The notes under the pieces were generated by a model. The model had not been told where the DNA came from. It saw only the letters and a list, made by a program, of their open reading frames with translations, and searched no databases. Both the position numbers and the translations under genes were made by a program. A stretch of 64,000 nt of DNA from Candidatus Obscuribacteraceae bacterium (lineage in GTDB: Bacteria; Cyanobacteriota; Vampirovibrionia; Obscuribacterales; Obscuribacteraceae): positions 64,001-128,000 of the forward strand of contig JBGAHS010000006.1 in the NCBI GenBank assembly GCA_044226015.1, read 5' to 3'. Shown one piece after another: positions 37,178 to 46,566 of the stretch. Positions within the stretch are counted from its first letter, which is position 1. Every line of letters starts with the position of its first letter.

Positions 37178-37567
37178 ATGGTTAGCGCCACCTGGAAAAT
37201 TAAGCGATCGGGCACTAAAGCCTGGCGTATGAAAGTTGTTGAAATTGAAAGCAAGCGTGAAGTAGATGATTCAACCGAGCAGCATTACCAGGAAGCCCTT
37301 CACGCTGCAGCGCAGGCTTGCGGCTCTGACCACCCCGAAGTGGCTGAGGCAGCTGGGTATTTAGCCGACCTCTACATGTTCTTAGAGCGGTATGGCGAAG
37401 CTGAAGCTCTCTACAGGCGCGCTCTGAAGATCTATAAGAATACCCTGGGCGATGAGCATATGATTTACTCGATGGCTTTGCGCAACCTGGCAGTAGTTCT
37501 GGAAGTGCGGGGGAAAGCTGATGAAGCCAAACGCTTGCGTTATGAAGCACGAGGCATATTCGGCTAG
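37178..37567 (+). CDS. Small kinesin-light-chain-type TPR protein
   Basis: GSDHPEVAEAAGYLADLY..RYGEAEALYRRAL..LGDEH; RBS AGGAG. Confidence 0.85.
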   Translation: MVSATWKIKRSGTKAWRMKVVEIESKREVDDSTEQHYQEALHAAAQACGSDHPEVAEAAGYLADLYMFLERYGEAEALYRRALKIYKNTLGDEHMIYSMALRNLAVVLEVRGKADEAKRLRYEARGIFG

Positions 37568-37597
37568 TCTGTCCAAAATCCAAATAAGCTATTAAAT

Positions 37598-37633
37598 AGA
37601 AGGAGCACGATTTCTCGTGCTCCTTCTTATTTT
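37598..37633. terminator. Bidirectional intrinsic terminator
   Basis: AGAAGGAGCACGA-TTTC-TCGTGCTCCTTCT, a perfect 13-bp stem with A/T flanks between convergent genes. Confidence 0.85.
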
Positions 37634-37650
37634 GGCGATCTGAAGTCCGC

Positions 37651-38661
37651 TTAGTTGAGATAGGCGTCCAGGTTACGTATACGGCTGTGTTTACGCAGCT
37701 TGTACATCGCTCTCTGTTCTACCTGCCTAATTCTTTCTCTGGAGAAACCGAGAATCTTTCCGGATTGCTCCAGTGAAAGAGGTTCGCCGGTTTCAAGTCC
37801 GAAACGAAGTTTGATAACTGCTTTCTCGCGTTCTGCGAGGCAATCGAGCAATTCATTTATATCTTCACTCATCATGTGGGATGCAGCTTCAAGTTCGGGC
37901 TGTCTTGAGCCTTCGTCTTCGATCACTTCTCCAAGTGGAGTGTCATATTCATCACGTACTGCTGTATCAAGTGAGACTAAATCACTAGCGGCTTCCAATG
38001 TAAGCAAGAGTTTCTTCTTGCTCCATTTGGATTCCTCTGCAATTTCATCAATTGTTGGCTGGCGGCCCATTTTCTCGCGCATGTCGCGAATCAATTTTCG
38101 CAGTTTGCTCATCTGCTCGTGCATGTGCACTGGGATTCGGATTACTCGAGATTTGTCGGTCAAGGCACGTGTGATGCCTTGTCTTACCCACCAGGTCGCG
38201 TAGGTCGAGAATTTATATCCTTTCTCAGGGTCAAACTTCTCTACCGCTCTCATCAAGCCAAGGCTGCCTTCTTGAATGAGATCGAGTAATGGAAGTCCGC
38301 GGTTCATATATCGTCGAGCGATGCTTACGACCAGGCGTAAATTGCTCTGAACCAATTTCTGCTTAGCAGCTTTGTCTCCAGCTCGAGCTTGTCGAGCTAA
38401 CTCGATCTCTTCGTGTCCTTTTAATAGCTTATGGCGATTGATTTCGCGCAAGAATGATTTGATTGAGTCTTCGTCTCCAGGACGACGCTCAACCGAAACC
38501 TGTTCAACTTCTTGATCAGCAGATACGCCATCTTCCAGAACTTCACCTGCCAAATCACCTAACTCTTCCACTTCCGGATTAGCAGCGAATTTCTTCTCTT
38601 CGTTTTTCACCGGACGTAATTGTTTTGGTTTGATAGCTCTTGCTGTATTCTTGCTGGCCAT
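37651..38661 (-). CDS. RpoD/SigA-family sigma-70 factor (group-2-like, short N-terminus)
   Basis: [10 protein letters not shown] (1.2), [46 protein letters not shown] (2), SRERIRQVE (4.2). Confidence 0.95.
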   Translation of the reverse strand: MASKNTARAIKPKQLRPVKNEEKKFAANPEVEELGDLAGEVLEDGVSADQEVEQVSVERRPGDEDSIKSFLREINRHKLLKGHEEIELARQARAGDKAAKQKLVQSNLRLVVSIARRYMNRGLPLLDLIQEGSLGLMRAVEKFDPEKGYKFSTYATWWVRQGITRALTDKSRVIRIPVHMHEQMSKLRKLIRDMREKMGRQPTIDEIAEESKWSKKKLLLTLEAASDLVSLDTAVRDEYDTPLGEVIEDEGSRQPELEAASHMMSEDINELLDCLAEREKAVIKLRFGLETGEPLSLEQSGKILGFSRERIRQVEQRAMYKLRKHSRIRNLDAYLN

Positions 38662-38794
38662 TTTCTGTCCTACCTAGTTTTTCAGTGAATGAAGGAATCA
38701 CAAGCCCTTCTCAGGGGAGACCTCAAGCCGGAGCCCCAGGTTTTGCCTGGATATACTCTCAGTTGTCCGATCACCACTCTTCACAGAAACTTTT

Positions 38795-38819
38795 GACGCT
38801 TCCAGAGGGGTGAGGTTCC
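38795..38819 (-). promoter_or_regulatory. Putative ECF-sigma-type promoter GGAAC-N16-CGTC
   Basis: The minus strand reads GGAAC ctcacccctctggaag CGTCAA, about 135 bp upstream of the sigma factor ATG. Confidence 0.5.
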
Positions 38820-38924
38820 CCAAATCTTGTTAAGGGAAAGTGAAGAGTATAGAAAACAAGAACCGAAATTTGGGCGTTTCCAGGCATCGAGAATTCAATG
38901 GCTGGGTAATACTAGAGGTAAGTC

Positions 38925-40793
38925 TTGCAGTCGGGGAGTTGTGTGGGAAATTTATCAGACTACATTAAATCTGGAGACGATGCGCTGTCAGAAAATCGTC
39001 TAGCTGATGCTGAGCAAAATTTCGAGAAAGCGCTTGCCAGCTCGACTTCAGAAGCAGAACGTCAGCAGGTGATCGAATGTCTGTTTCGGCTTGCAAATGC
39101 ACATTTTAGTTTGGATCAAGCGGATAAGCCTGAACTTCTTTTCGCGCTAATTGGAAAAGCGAATTTCGACGACAAAGTTGTGTTGCTTGAATCTCTAGCG
39201 AGAGTTCATCAAAAGAGAAACGATATGAGCAAAGCAGAGAAAGTATACTGCGACCTGTTTGAATTGCGGGCACGTACACTTGGTCCGGCGCACCCCGAGA
39301 CGATATCAACATTAAAGACTGCAGCTTTATTCCGACAGTTTCAGGGACTTCCTGCTAATGATCTCTTTGCAAAAGCGACAGCGTTAGCAAAAGAAATCGG
39401 ACTGAGCATTCCCTTGCCACAGAGCAGTGCCATCGCGAACGCATCCCCAACAAATACGCAAAGTGAACAAAATAAGACTGATTCAGCGAAGTCCAAAACT
39501 GAACAGCCAGACGCGTCTCAGGGTCCTGTTCCGCGCGATAATCCGCACGTAGCAGCTGAGCTAAAGCCAGAGGATCTTGTTAGAGATGCAAGGAAAAAAT
39601 CAGGTGCGAAGAAATCAACTCTTTATTTGCTGGATGAACTTATTGTTCATCAAGGACGAAGCGAGCCAATTTCAAACGCTGACAATGTTCAAGAACTCAC
39701 TACCGATGAGATGCCTGACTTCGCCGAGTCAAGCTTGAACCTCAAGGCGAGCTTGCAGGAACTCCTGAAAGAATGGGAGCCTTACTGCAACATGCTTACT
39801 AAGCAGCTTGTGAAACTGTTGCAGCAAAACACGTCGCCTTCGTATAGACAGGTATTGAATAAGCTCACCACTCTACTAACAGAGAAAACAGCCAAGCTGG
39901 TTGATCTCGATTACCCGTTTTTGCAAGCGAAGAGAAAACCTGCCGATCGATACTTGGATTGGAGTATCGTGCAAGAGCTCGTTCCTGTCTATTCAGCGTA
40001 TGATGGAACGTGGGGCACTTATCCTTTCGAAATTGGCATGATCTATTCATGTTTGCGGCGTGCATTTGAGTTGGGTCCGTTGCACGTGGACACCCTGCAG
40101 AGTCTTTATCGACTGGCACATATCTACACCAACGAAATGTTCGGCTGTTACGATCTAGAATTTGCTGCGTCAACATTCAAAATGTGCGTCATGGCCTTTA
40201 GAGAACATCCAGAAATAGATGAACTTAGCAAAGTAAGATGTCGCACCAGTCTAGCTAATGTATTGATGGCACAGGACAGATTGAGTGAAGCCAAGGCTGC
40301 TCTCAAAGACGCAATTAAAGTTGCTGATGCTTTAGATGCACAACTCGGAAAGCAAGAACTCTTAAGCATCCTGAAAATTCTTGCTGAATGCACCGCAAAA
40401 CTGGGTGATTACGAAACCGCAATTGGCGTTTGTGAAAGGATGAGAGGGTTTCAGGAGTCGATTGCTCGGGACGCAGAATTGTTCGAGACACTCATTCAAC
40501 TAGTTCATAACTATGGAAAAATTGGTGATAACGCGCAGGTTACGGCTTGCCTGCAGAAAATTCAGGCTGAATTGGATTTCTTTGAAGACCCAAATCCAAT
40601 GCGTGAGATAGTGGCACTCAAAGCTGAAGATCAGGGCGAATATTTTCTGGCAGAGAAAATGTTGAACGATATTATGGCGAACTGCAAACCTTACGATGCT
40701 GTTGCGGGTAGAGTTGCTTCAATTCTGATTCGCATATACGATAAGACTGGTCGCAATGAGCTGGCTGCCCGCTTGAGAGGAAGCCACGCATGA
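38925..40793 (+). CDS. TPR-containing hypothetical protein
   Basis: RTLGPAHPETISTL and ELGPLHVDTLQSLYRLA (KLC-type TPR). The start may be GTG 38943 after GGGGAG. Confidence 0.75.
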   Translation: MQSGSCVGNLSDYIKSGDDALSENRLADAEQNFEKALASSTSEAERQQVIECLFRLANAHFSLDQADKPELLFALIGKANFDDKVVLLESLARVHQKRNDMSKAEKVYCDLFELRARTLGPAHPETISTLKTAALFRQFQGLPANDLFAKATALAKEIGLSIPLPQSSAIANASPTNTQSEQNKTDSAKSKTEQPDASQGPVPRDNPHVAAELKPEDLVRDARKKSGAKKSTLYLLDELIVHQGRSEPISNADNVQELTTDEMPDFAESSLNLKASLQELLKEWEPYCNMLTKQLVKLLQQNTSPSYRQVLNKLTTLLTEKTAKLVDLDYPFLQAKRKPADRYLDWSIVQELVPVYSAYDGTWGTYPFEIGMIYSCLRRAFELGPLHVDTLQSLYRLAHIYTNEMFGCYDLEFAASTFKMCVMAFREHPEIDELSKVRCRTSLANVLMAQDRLSEAKAALKDAIKVADALDAQLGKQELLSILKILAECTAKLGDYETAIGVCERMRGFQESIARDAELFETLIQLVHNYGKIGDNAQVTACLQKIQAELDFFEDPNPMREIVALKAEDQGEYFLAEKMLNDIMANCKPYDAVAGRVASILIRIYDKTGRNELAARLRGSHA

Positions 40794-41326
40794 GTTTCAA
40801 TGTTGCAGCGATTGACGTCGAGCTCTATAAGACAGGTTTTCTCTATTTGCCAAATACAGCAAAGCACAATAGCTTTGCTGATCAATTGGATGAGGCAAAT
40901 GGAATTTTGAAGCAGTGCATCGACGAGTGCCAAATCACCAGGTTCTCTGCTGATATCGTCGTTCCTGACAAACCTCTGTTCGATGGCTGGGCTGGGGCAA
41001 TTCCAGATCTCGCTCTCGTAAAAGAATGCCTGAATTTCTTGCGCAATCTGCAGTATTCCAAGGCTTCAAAAGAGCACCGCCCGTGGTGGATAAGGCAATC
41101 GTCACTCAATATTGCTATTGCCGAACCCGATGAACTGAAGAAATTTACTCAAGATGTACATGAATGCAAGTTTTTTGAGATTTTCCTGGCAAATATAATC
41201 AGCAAAAACACGGCAAAGGATTTTGTCGAGTTAGGGCAGTTTTTGGAATTGAGCGCGGTGAATGATTGTATGCTTTTTGCGTGGAAGGCAAAGCCGAACG
41301 CAGAATCCCATAAACCTGCAAATTAG
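40790..41326 (+). CDS. Hypothetical protein
   Basis: ATGA overlap with the upstream gene; 178 aa. Confidence 0.65.
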   Translation: MSFNVAAIDVELYKTGFLYLPNTAKHNSFADQLDEANGILKQCIDECQITRFSADIVVPDKPLFDGWAGAIPDLALVKECLNFLRNLQYSKASKEHRPWWIRQSSLNIAIAEPDELKKFTQDVHECKFFEIFLANIISKNTAKDFVELGQFLELSAVNDCMLFAWKAKPNAESHKPAN

Positions 41327-41488
41327 TTAGTTGGAAGCAGCTATAAGGAGAAGCCTACCAGTCAATTCAGACAATTTTGGACGAGTGTAGCAAAACAGAC
41401 AAGAAAAAAGCTGCAAGCTTTCTTAGAGATTCTAGAACTTATTTTTCTCATGGGGATATACTTAGCCGTAATATCGCAGATAGATTCT

Positions 41489-42151
41489 ATGCAAAAGATC
41501 ATAATTTTTGGTGCGTCCTCGCTTAGTAAAATCGTCTACCAGCACATCATGGACGCGGGAAGTCATGATGTGGCTGCTTTTGTAGTTGATGACAATTTTC
41601 GCGATTCCGACTCTTTTTGCAATCTGCCTTTGGTCGCATTGGACGGACTTGCGGCGGCATATCCTCCCACTAAGTTTCATGCTTTGGTCGCTGTTGGCTA
41701 CAATCAGCTTAATCTGGTGCGAAAGAGGAAGTTTGAAGAGCTTAAATCTCTCGGTTATGAGTTTGCAAATTTTATCCATCCGAGCAACCTGATTTCGTCT
41801 GCTGCGGTGATTGGAGAAAACGTTATCATGATGGAAAGCAACATCATTCAGCCGTTTTCAGTTGTGGGCGACAACGTGTTGATGTTTTCAAATAACATCG
41901 TGGGTCACGGTGTGACACTAGGCAAGCACTCTTTTCTTAGCTCTAGAGTCACTCTTAGTGGTGACGTTCGCGTGGGAGAAAGATGCTTCTTTGGTGCGAA
42001 CTCCGGTGTTGAAGTCGGTGGTGCACTCGGTGAAAATTGCATTTTAGATGCATTTGCATGGGTGAGCGACATCTCTGCAAACGATTGTGTTTATCAGCAT
42101 GGCAAGAATAACTTGCGAAAAATACCAAGCAGTAAGGTGAAACTAAAGTGA
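41489..42151 (+). CDS. NeuD/PglD-family sugar acetyltransferase (hexapeptide repeats)
   Basis: KIIIFGAS, ALVAVGYN..RKR.F, NFIHPS, hexapeptide LbH repeats with IVGH. ATG 41489 preferred over 41450. Confidence 0.9.
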   Translation: MQKIIIFGASSLSKIVYQHIMDAGSHDVAAFVVDDNFRDSDSFCNLPLVALDGLAAAYPPTKFHALVAVGYNQLNLVRKRKFEELKSLGYEFANFIHPSNLISSAAVIGENVIMMESNIIQPFSVVGDNVLMFSNNIVGHGVTLGKHSFLSSRVTLSGDVRVGERCFFGANSGVEVGGALGENCILDAFAWVSDISANDCVYQHGKNNLRKIPSSKVKLK

Positions 42152-43020
42152 TGAATTCGATCAAACAGCCTTGCTCAGTGGTTTCCGGTTCAGAAGGTTG
42201 GATGCAGGTGTGCCTTGACGCTCTAGATGAATTTGGCTATGTCATTGTACAAAGTGTTTTTGATGCCGAGTTTTGCGTGAAAGCGGCCGAGAAAATGCGG
42301 CAGGTCAGGCAAACTCAGTTCCACGATTTGAGGAAGCAAAACTTGATAGGTGATGTGGATCCACCTTTCGTGCTTGGATTGATGAAGTACGACCAGATAT
42401 TCATTGAGACCATCGTGCAAAAAAATATTGTTGAGCTTGCACAGAATTATCTCGGAATTAATGCCATTCTGAGAAATCAAATGGGGCAGTTCGTTTCACC
42501 GATAGAGCAAGAGCATGAAGGAAGAATGGTCTTCCATAATTTTCACCGGCAATTTAGATACATCCAGAACACTTGCCGGCTGACTCTCGAAACAGGAATT
42601 TTGCTTGAAGATTTACACAAGGACAATGGGGCACTTACAGTAATTCCTGGTTCCCACAAATCAAAAGGCACACCAACTGAGGCCGAACTGAAAAAGAACG
42701 AAATTCTTTTGACAGCTGCAGCTGGGTCTGTATTAGTCCTTGATGGAATGACATGGCATCGGGAGCTCGACAATTTAACAACAAGTGAGTTTCCGTTGTT
42801 GACTCAACAGTATTGCAATCATGCGCTAAAACAATATATGGACTTTCCGCGCTATTTGGGCAAAGAGTTCATCGAATCATGCCCTGCTCTAGTCAGGCAG
42901 TTGCTTGGCGCTATTTCACAGCCCCCTGCCAATTTCAATGAATATTTCAAACCCATCGAACGCGACGTGTACACCAAAAACGCGGCTAATTGTATAGTAA
43001 AAGTCCATCAAGATGAATAA
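42148..43020 (+). CDS. PhyH-family (phytanoyl-CoA dioxygenase-like) protein with atypical metal motif
   Basis: LDEFGYVIVQSVF, LEDLHKDNGALTVIPGSH, AGSVLVLDGMTWH; HRQ where HxD is expected. Confidence 0.85.
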   Translation: MMNSIKQPCSVVSGSEGWMQVCLDALDEFGYVIVQSVFDAEFCVKAAEKMRQVRQTQFHDLRKQNLIGDVDPPFVLGLMKYDQIFIETIVQKNIVELAQNYLGINAILRNQMGQFVSPIEQEHEGRMVFHNFHRQFRYIQNTCRLTLETGILLEDLHKDNGALTVIPGSHKSKGTPTEAELKKNEILLTAAAGSVLVLDGMTWHRELDNLTTSEFPLLTQQYCNHALKQYMDFPRYLGKEFIESCPALVRQLLGAISQPPANFNEYFKPIERDVYTKNAANCIVKVHQDE

Positions 43021-43319
43021 GCTTTAGATGACGAAAGTATCTCGGTTTCATGAAACACGAGAAATGGGCTTCTGATCTGACTTGTGCTTTCGTTTGCATG
43101 GGAACTTTCCCCAGCTTGCCGCCTTATTTGCGATCATTGATAGATAATGTACAAACGGTTGGAATTGTTCGAATGAAATCGTCCTCAAGGATGACCCTAT
43201 TACTGCTGCTGAGTGATGCGAATGTTCTTAATTCCTGGAAAAATTAGTAAAAGCTTGGATACCCGATGGCTATTGGTCTGATTGAGATATATTGAAGTTA
43301 GAAAGCAGGAGAACATATC

Positions 43320-44297
43320 ATGAGAGGCAAATCAATTCTTCTGGCATTAAGCGGCTCCAGGCAATCGCGTTTTGCGACTGAAGTTTGCTGGAAGATGGCA
43401 CAAAAACTTGGTGCTACTATCACAGCTCAGCATGTGGTCGATTCTCACAGTGCTTGGGAGTTTCTTGGACATGAGAAACCAGGATTTCTTGACTCTTCGC
43501 GATATCTCGATGTTTATCAGGGGCTTTTGAACAGCTTGTTTGAGCTTGGAGAAGGCCTCACTATTGCCTATGCTGAACAAGCTTCTCGGCTGGGTCTAGA
43601 CGCTCTGTGCGTGACGGATGAAGGTAATCCAATTTCTGAAATTTGTCGAAGAGCTGTAAATCATAAGCTTGTGGTGATTGGACATAAACCCAAAAGCACT
43701 AGAACAAAAGCACGAGAACACTTTCGCCGTCTGTCAATCGCCGAGTCACTTGCACATGACTGTTCCAGACCATTGTTAGTTGTGCAAGATGAGTGCAAAG
43801 AATGGTCATCGCTTGCAATTATGATTTCGCTAGACCATATCAACGAAGTTTTCATCAACTCCTGTCTGGATATGGCAAAGGCTCTTGATTTGAGACCATC
43901 CCTCCTCTGTTTGACTGGTGGAGCCAATGAAGAAGATCCCGAGCAACTGGTGCGCGATTTCAGGCAAGCAAACTTGCGATTGAAAGAATATCCAATCGCT
44001 GTGGTTCATGCTGAAAAGGACATCAGCGTTGGAATTGAAGACTGGTATGCCCCAGAAAATCAGCCTTATGTCCGTGAAAATTGGACAAATCCATTGATTG
44101 TAATTCCAACGAGAATGGTTGCCGGTGAGAGAATTACTGTCGTAGACAGCTCTCCATCAGGTTTCGTCCGCAATATGACTCTACCAAGCATAATGCTCTG
44201 GCCTGAGGAGTTTACCTATTCACTAACTGCTGATGAGGCTGGCTGCTCAGAAAAAAGCGGGGATCAACAGAATAAGACTGTTCGAATTTGCAAATAA
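43320..44297 (+). CDS. Universal stress protein (USP domain plus degenerate second domain)
   Basis: SILLALSGSRQS..A, HVVD, EGNPISEIC, LVVIGH, SIAESLAHDCSRPLLVV; RBS AGGAG. Confidence 0.85.
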   Translation: MRGKSILLALSGSRQSRFATEVCWKMAQKLGATITAQHVVDSHSAWEFLGHEKPGFLDSSRYLDVYQGLLNSLFELGEGLTIAYAEQASRLGLDALCVTDEGNPISEICRRAVNHKLVVIGHKPKSTRTKAREHFRRLSIAESLAHDCSRPLLVVQDECKEWSSLAIMISLDHINEVFINSCLDMAKALDLRPSLLCLTGGANEEDPEQLVRDFRQANLRLKEYPIAVVHAEKDISVGIEDWYAPENQPYVRENWTNPLIVIPTRMVAGERITVVDSSPSGFVRNMTLPSIMLWPEEFTYSLTADEAGCSEKSGDQQNKTVRICK

Positions 44298-44414
44298 GCA
44301 TTGATCTGCCATAAGCACCTGCTGGCTTGCCTTTTGAGATCCTTGGAAACATATTAGTATGCTTCTACCGACAGGGTGACTAAAATAATGTCTTGTCAAG
44401 TAAAGGTGCTCGAT

Positions 44415-44732
44415 ATGGACATCGAAGGAATTCTCGCAATCGGCGGCTTCTGGCTTTGTATGATACTTCTGATTTTCAGAGGTGCCATTAGGGAGAGGTT
44501 GGTCAACGCACCGCCAAAGAATGTTGGCGAAATCACCGAGATGAAGGCTCGATTGCTCACACTCGAAGCCCGTGTCACAGCCATGAATGGCGAAATTCTA
44601 GAGCTTCAAGAAGGGCAAATGTTTGACAAAAAACTTTTAGGAAACTCTGATAAGAAACAGGCAACGAGCGGTCCGAAGCTCGTTACATCCAGCGCTTCTT
44701 CCTCAGGAAGAACAGGATCGCTGCTGAAGTAA
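44415..44732 (+). CDS. Small membrane protein with coiled coil
   Basis: TM GILAIGGFWLCMILLIF then MKARLLTLEARV...; the 3' end overlaps the corA 3' end by 50 bp. Confidence 0.6.
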   Translation: MDIEGILAIGGFWLCMILLIFRGAIRERLVNAPPKNVGEITEMKARLLTLEARVTAMNGEILELQEGQMFDKKLLGNSDKKQATSGPKLVTSSASSSGRTGSLLK

Positions 44733-45786
44733 CCACCATCAAAAGCAGCGAAAAAGGATAACCAAAATACCAGTCAAGTTCTGGCATATTGAACGGACTT
44801 TTGTCGCCATGGAAGTTCATGCCATAAACTCCGGCAATAAAAGTCGGCGGAATAAATAGCGATGTGATAATTGTCAAAACCTTGATGATTTCGTTCATTC
44901 GGTTATTCACTGCACTCAGATAAATGCTGAGCAAATCACTAGCAAGCTCTCTGTACATTTCAACGAGGTCAATGATTCGCGATAGATGGTCGTAGCAATC
45001 TCGCAAATAAACACGGGTTTCATCGCTGATGAAAGATGAGCTATCGCGGCAAAGAATGTTTATGGTGTCTCGCATTGGCCAAACCGAACGCCTCACAGCC
45101 AGAACTTCAAGTTTTAATTCGTGTATCTTGCTGGTTGCCTGATTTGCAGGAGTGTCCGCGTGGGGGGTAACGATTGTGTCCTCAAGAGATTCTATTCTGT
45201 CTCCGAGCCGTTCCATCATAGGGAAGTATGCATCGACACCAGCATCTATTATTGAATAAGCAAGATGATCGGCCGCCTTAGCTCTGATGCCACCACGGTC
45301 TTTCCTGATGCGCTCTCTTACGGGCTCGAGGCAGTCACCACCAGTTTTTTCCTGAAAACTTATGACGTAATTTTTTCCAAGGAAAATAGCAAACTGTTCG
45401 GTGTCACACGAAAGTTCTTTGTCTGTTGGAATTCGAATTACGATAAAAAGGTGTTCCTTGAACGTGTCAACTTTTGAACGTTGATGAAATTTCATCGCAT
45501 CTTCGAGTGCCAATTCATGAATGCCGAAAAGATCTACAAGCGGTTGCAGATGCTGACTTTCTCCGCTTTCGATGTTTATCCAATTGACGGCATAGTGGCC
45601 GAGTTTTTTACTCAGAGTGAATATCGAATCGATTTCTTCTTCATGAAACGAGTGCGGTCCATAACCAATGAAGTGCATTCGAAGCTTGCTGGCTTCTGCA
45701 AGTGCAGCAGACGCAGAAATCTCATCGAAGACCTCTTTGCTAGCTTCCCCGAGTCTATAGAATTTGCTTGTTTTGCGCCTACTCAC
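44683..45786 (-). CDS. corA: Magnesium/cobalt transporter CorA
   Basis: FGIHELALED..HQRSKVD, YLRDCYDH, PPTFIAGVYGMNF..MPELDWYFGYP. Confidence 0.97.
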   Translation of the reverse strand: MSRRKTSKFYRLGEASKEVFDEISASAALAEASKLRMHFIGYGPHSFHEEEIDSIFTLSKKLGHYAVNWINIESGESQHLQPLVDLFGIHELALEDAMKFHQRSKVDTFKEHLFIVIRIPTDKELSCDTEQFAIFLGKNYVISFQEKTGGDCLEPVRERIRKDRGGIRAKAADHLAYSIIDAGVDAYFPMMERLGDRIESLEDTIVTPHADTPANQATSKIHELKLEVLAVRRSVWPMRDTINILCRDSSSFISDETRVYLRDCYDHLSRIIDLVEMYRELASDLLSIYLSAVNNRMNEIIKVLTIITSLFIPPTFIAGVYGMNFHGDKSPFNMPELDWYFGYPFSLLLMVVTSAAILFFLRKKRWM

Positions 45787-45924
45787 AACTGTTTTCTCCG
45801 CTCAAACGAATAGGTTATCGGAAAATATTGCAGCACGCAAACAGAGCTTTGCTGGAGAAAGAATTTCTGAAAGCAAGCAGCTATACTGAACGGGATCACA
45901 TTGACCGTGGGTGGAGGAATTTCA

Positions 45925-46464
45925 ATGTCTAAGTTCTTATTTGCACTTCTTGCTCTAGCTGTAATGGTGGCGCCAGCTGCCAATGCAGATGACAAAGCTG
46001 ACCCTGCCAAGAAACCAGGACTTCTGAAGAAAGCTGGAGAAGACATCAAGAAGGGGGCTGAAGCTGTTGTAAAAGATAGCGCCAAAGCAGTTGAAAAGAG
46101 TGCAAAGGTTACAGAAAAGGCTGTAGTTGGTGGCGCTAAAGTTACTGAAAAGGGCGTCGAAGCCAGTGCTAAAGCTACCGGTAAGGTTGGCAAAGACCTG
46201 GTAAAAGGTAGCGAAAAAGTTAGCACTGACGTCGTAAAGGGTTCTGCAGACGCTACAAAGAGCGTTGTTAAAGGCAGCGAGAAAGTTACTACAGACGTCG
46301 TAAAGGGCTCTGCTGACGCTACCAAAAAGGTAGTTAAAGGCGGCGAAAAAGCAGGTAAAGACGCTGTGGGAGCCACCGAGACAGTCGGCAAGGACGCTGT
46401 TAAGGGAACAGAGAAAGTTGGAAAAGATGTTGCCAAGGATGCTGGAAAGGCTGTTGGCAAATAG
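45925..46464 (+). CDS. Secreted LEA-like protein made of 11-residue repeats
   Basis: GGAGG RBS, signal peptide (..APAANA-D), repeats KGSEKVSTDVV/KGSADATKSVV etc. Confidence 0.85.
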   Translation: MSKFLFALLALAVMVAPAANADDKADPAKKPGLLKKAGEDIKKGAEAVVKDSAKAVEKSAKVTEKAVVGGAKVTEKGVEASAKATGKVGKDLVKGSEKVSTDVVKGSADATKSVVKGSEKVTTDVVKGSADATKKVVKGGEKAGKDAVGATETVGKDAVKGTEKVGKDVAKDAGKAVGK

Positions 46465-46501
46465 TTAGTACATCTTTCTAGCTGCAGCATGCAGTTGAAG
46501 T

Positions 46502-46550
46502 AGAGGGCGGAATTTAGTAGTCCGCTATATTCCGTCCCTCTCAAAGTTTT
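46502..46550 (+). terminator. Probable terminator hairpin
   Basis: AGAGGGCGGAAT...ATTCCGTCCCTCT stem with a bulge, then caaagttttt. Confidence 0.5.
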
Positions 46551-46566
46551 ATTGTTGGAGTCAGCG

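Noticed and set aside
43050..43247. 65-aa intergenic ORF
   Set aside because: No RBS or motif; probably the USP promoter region.
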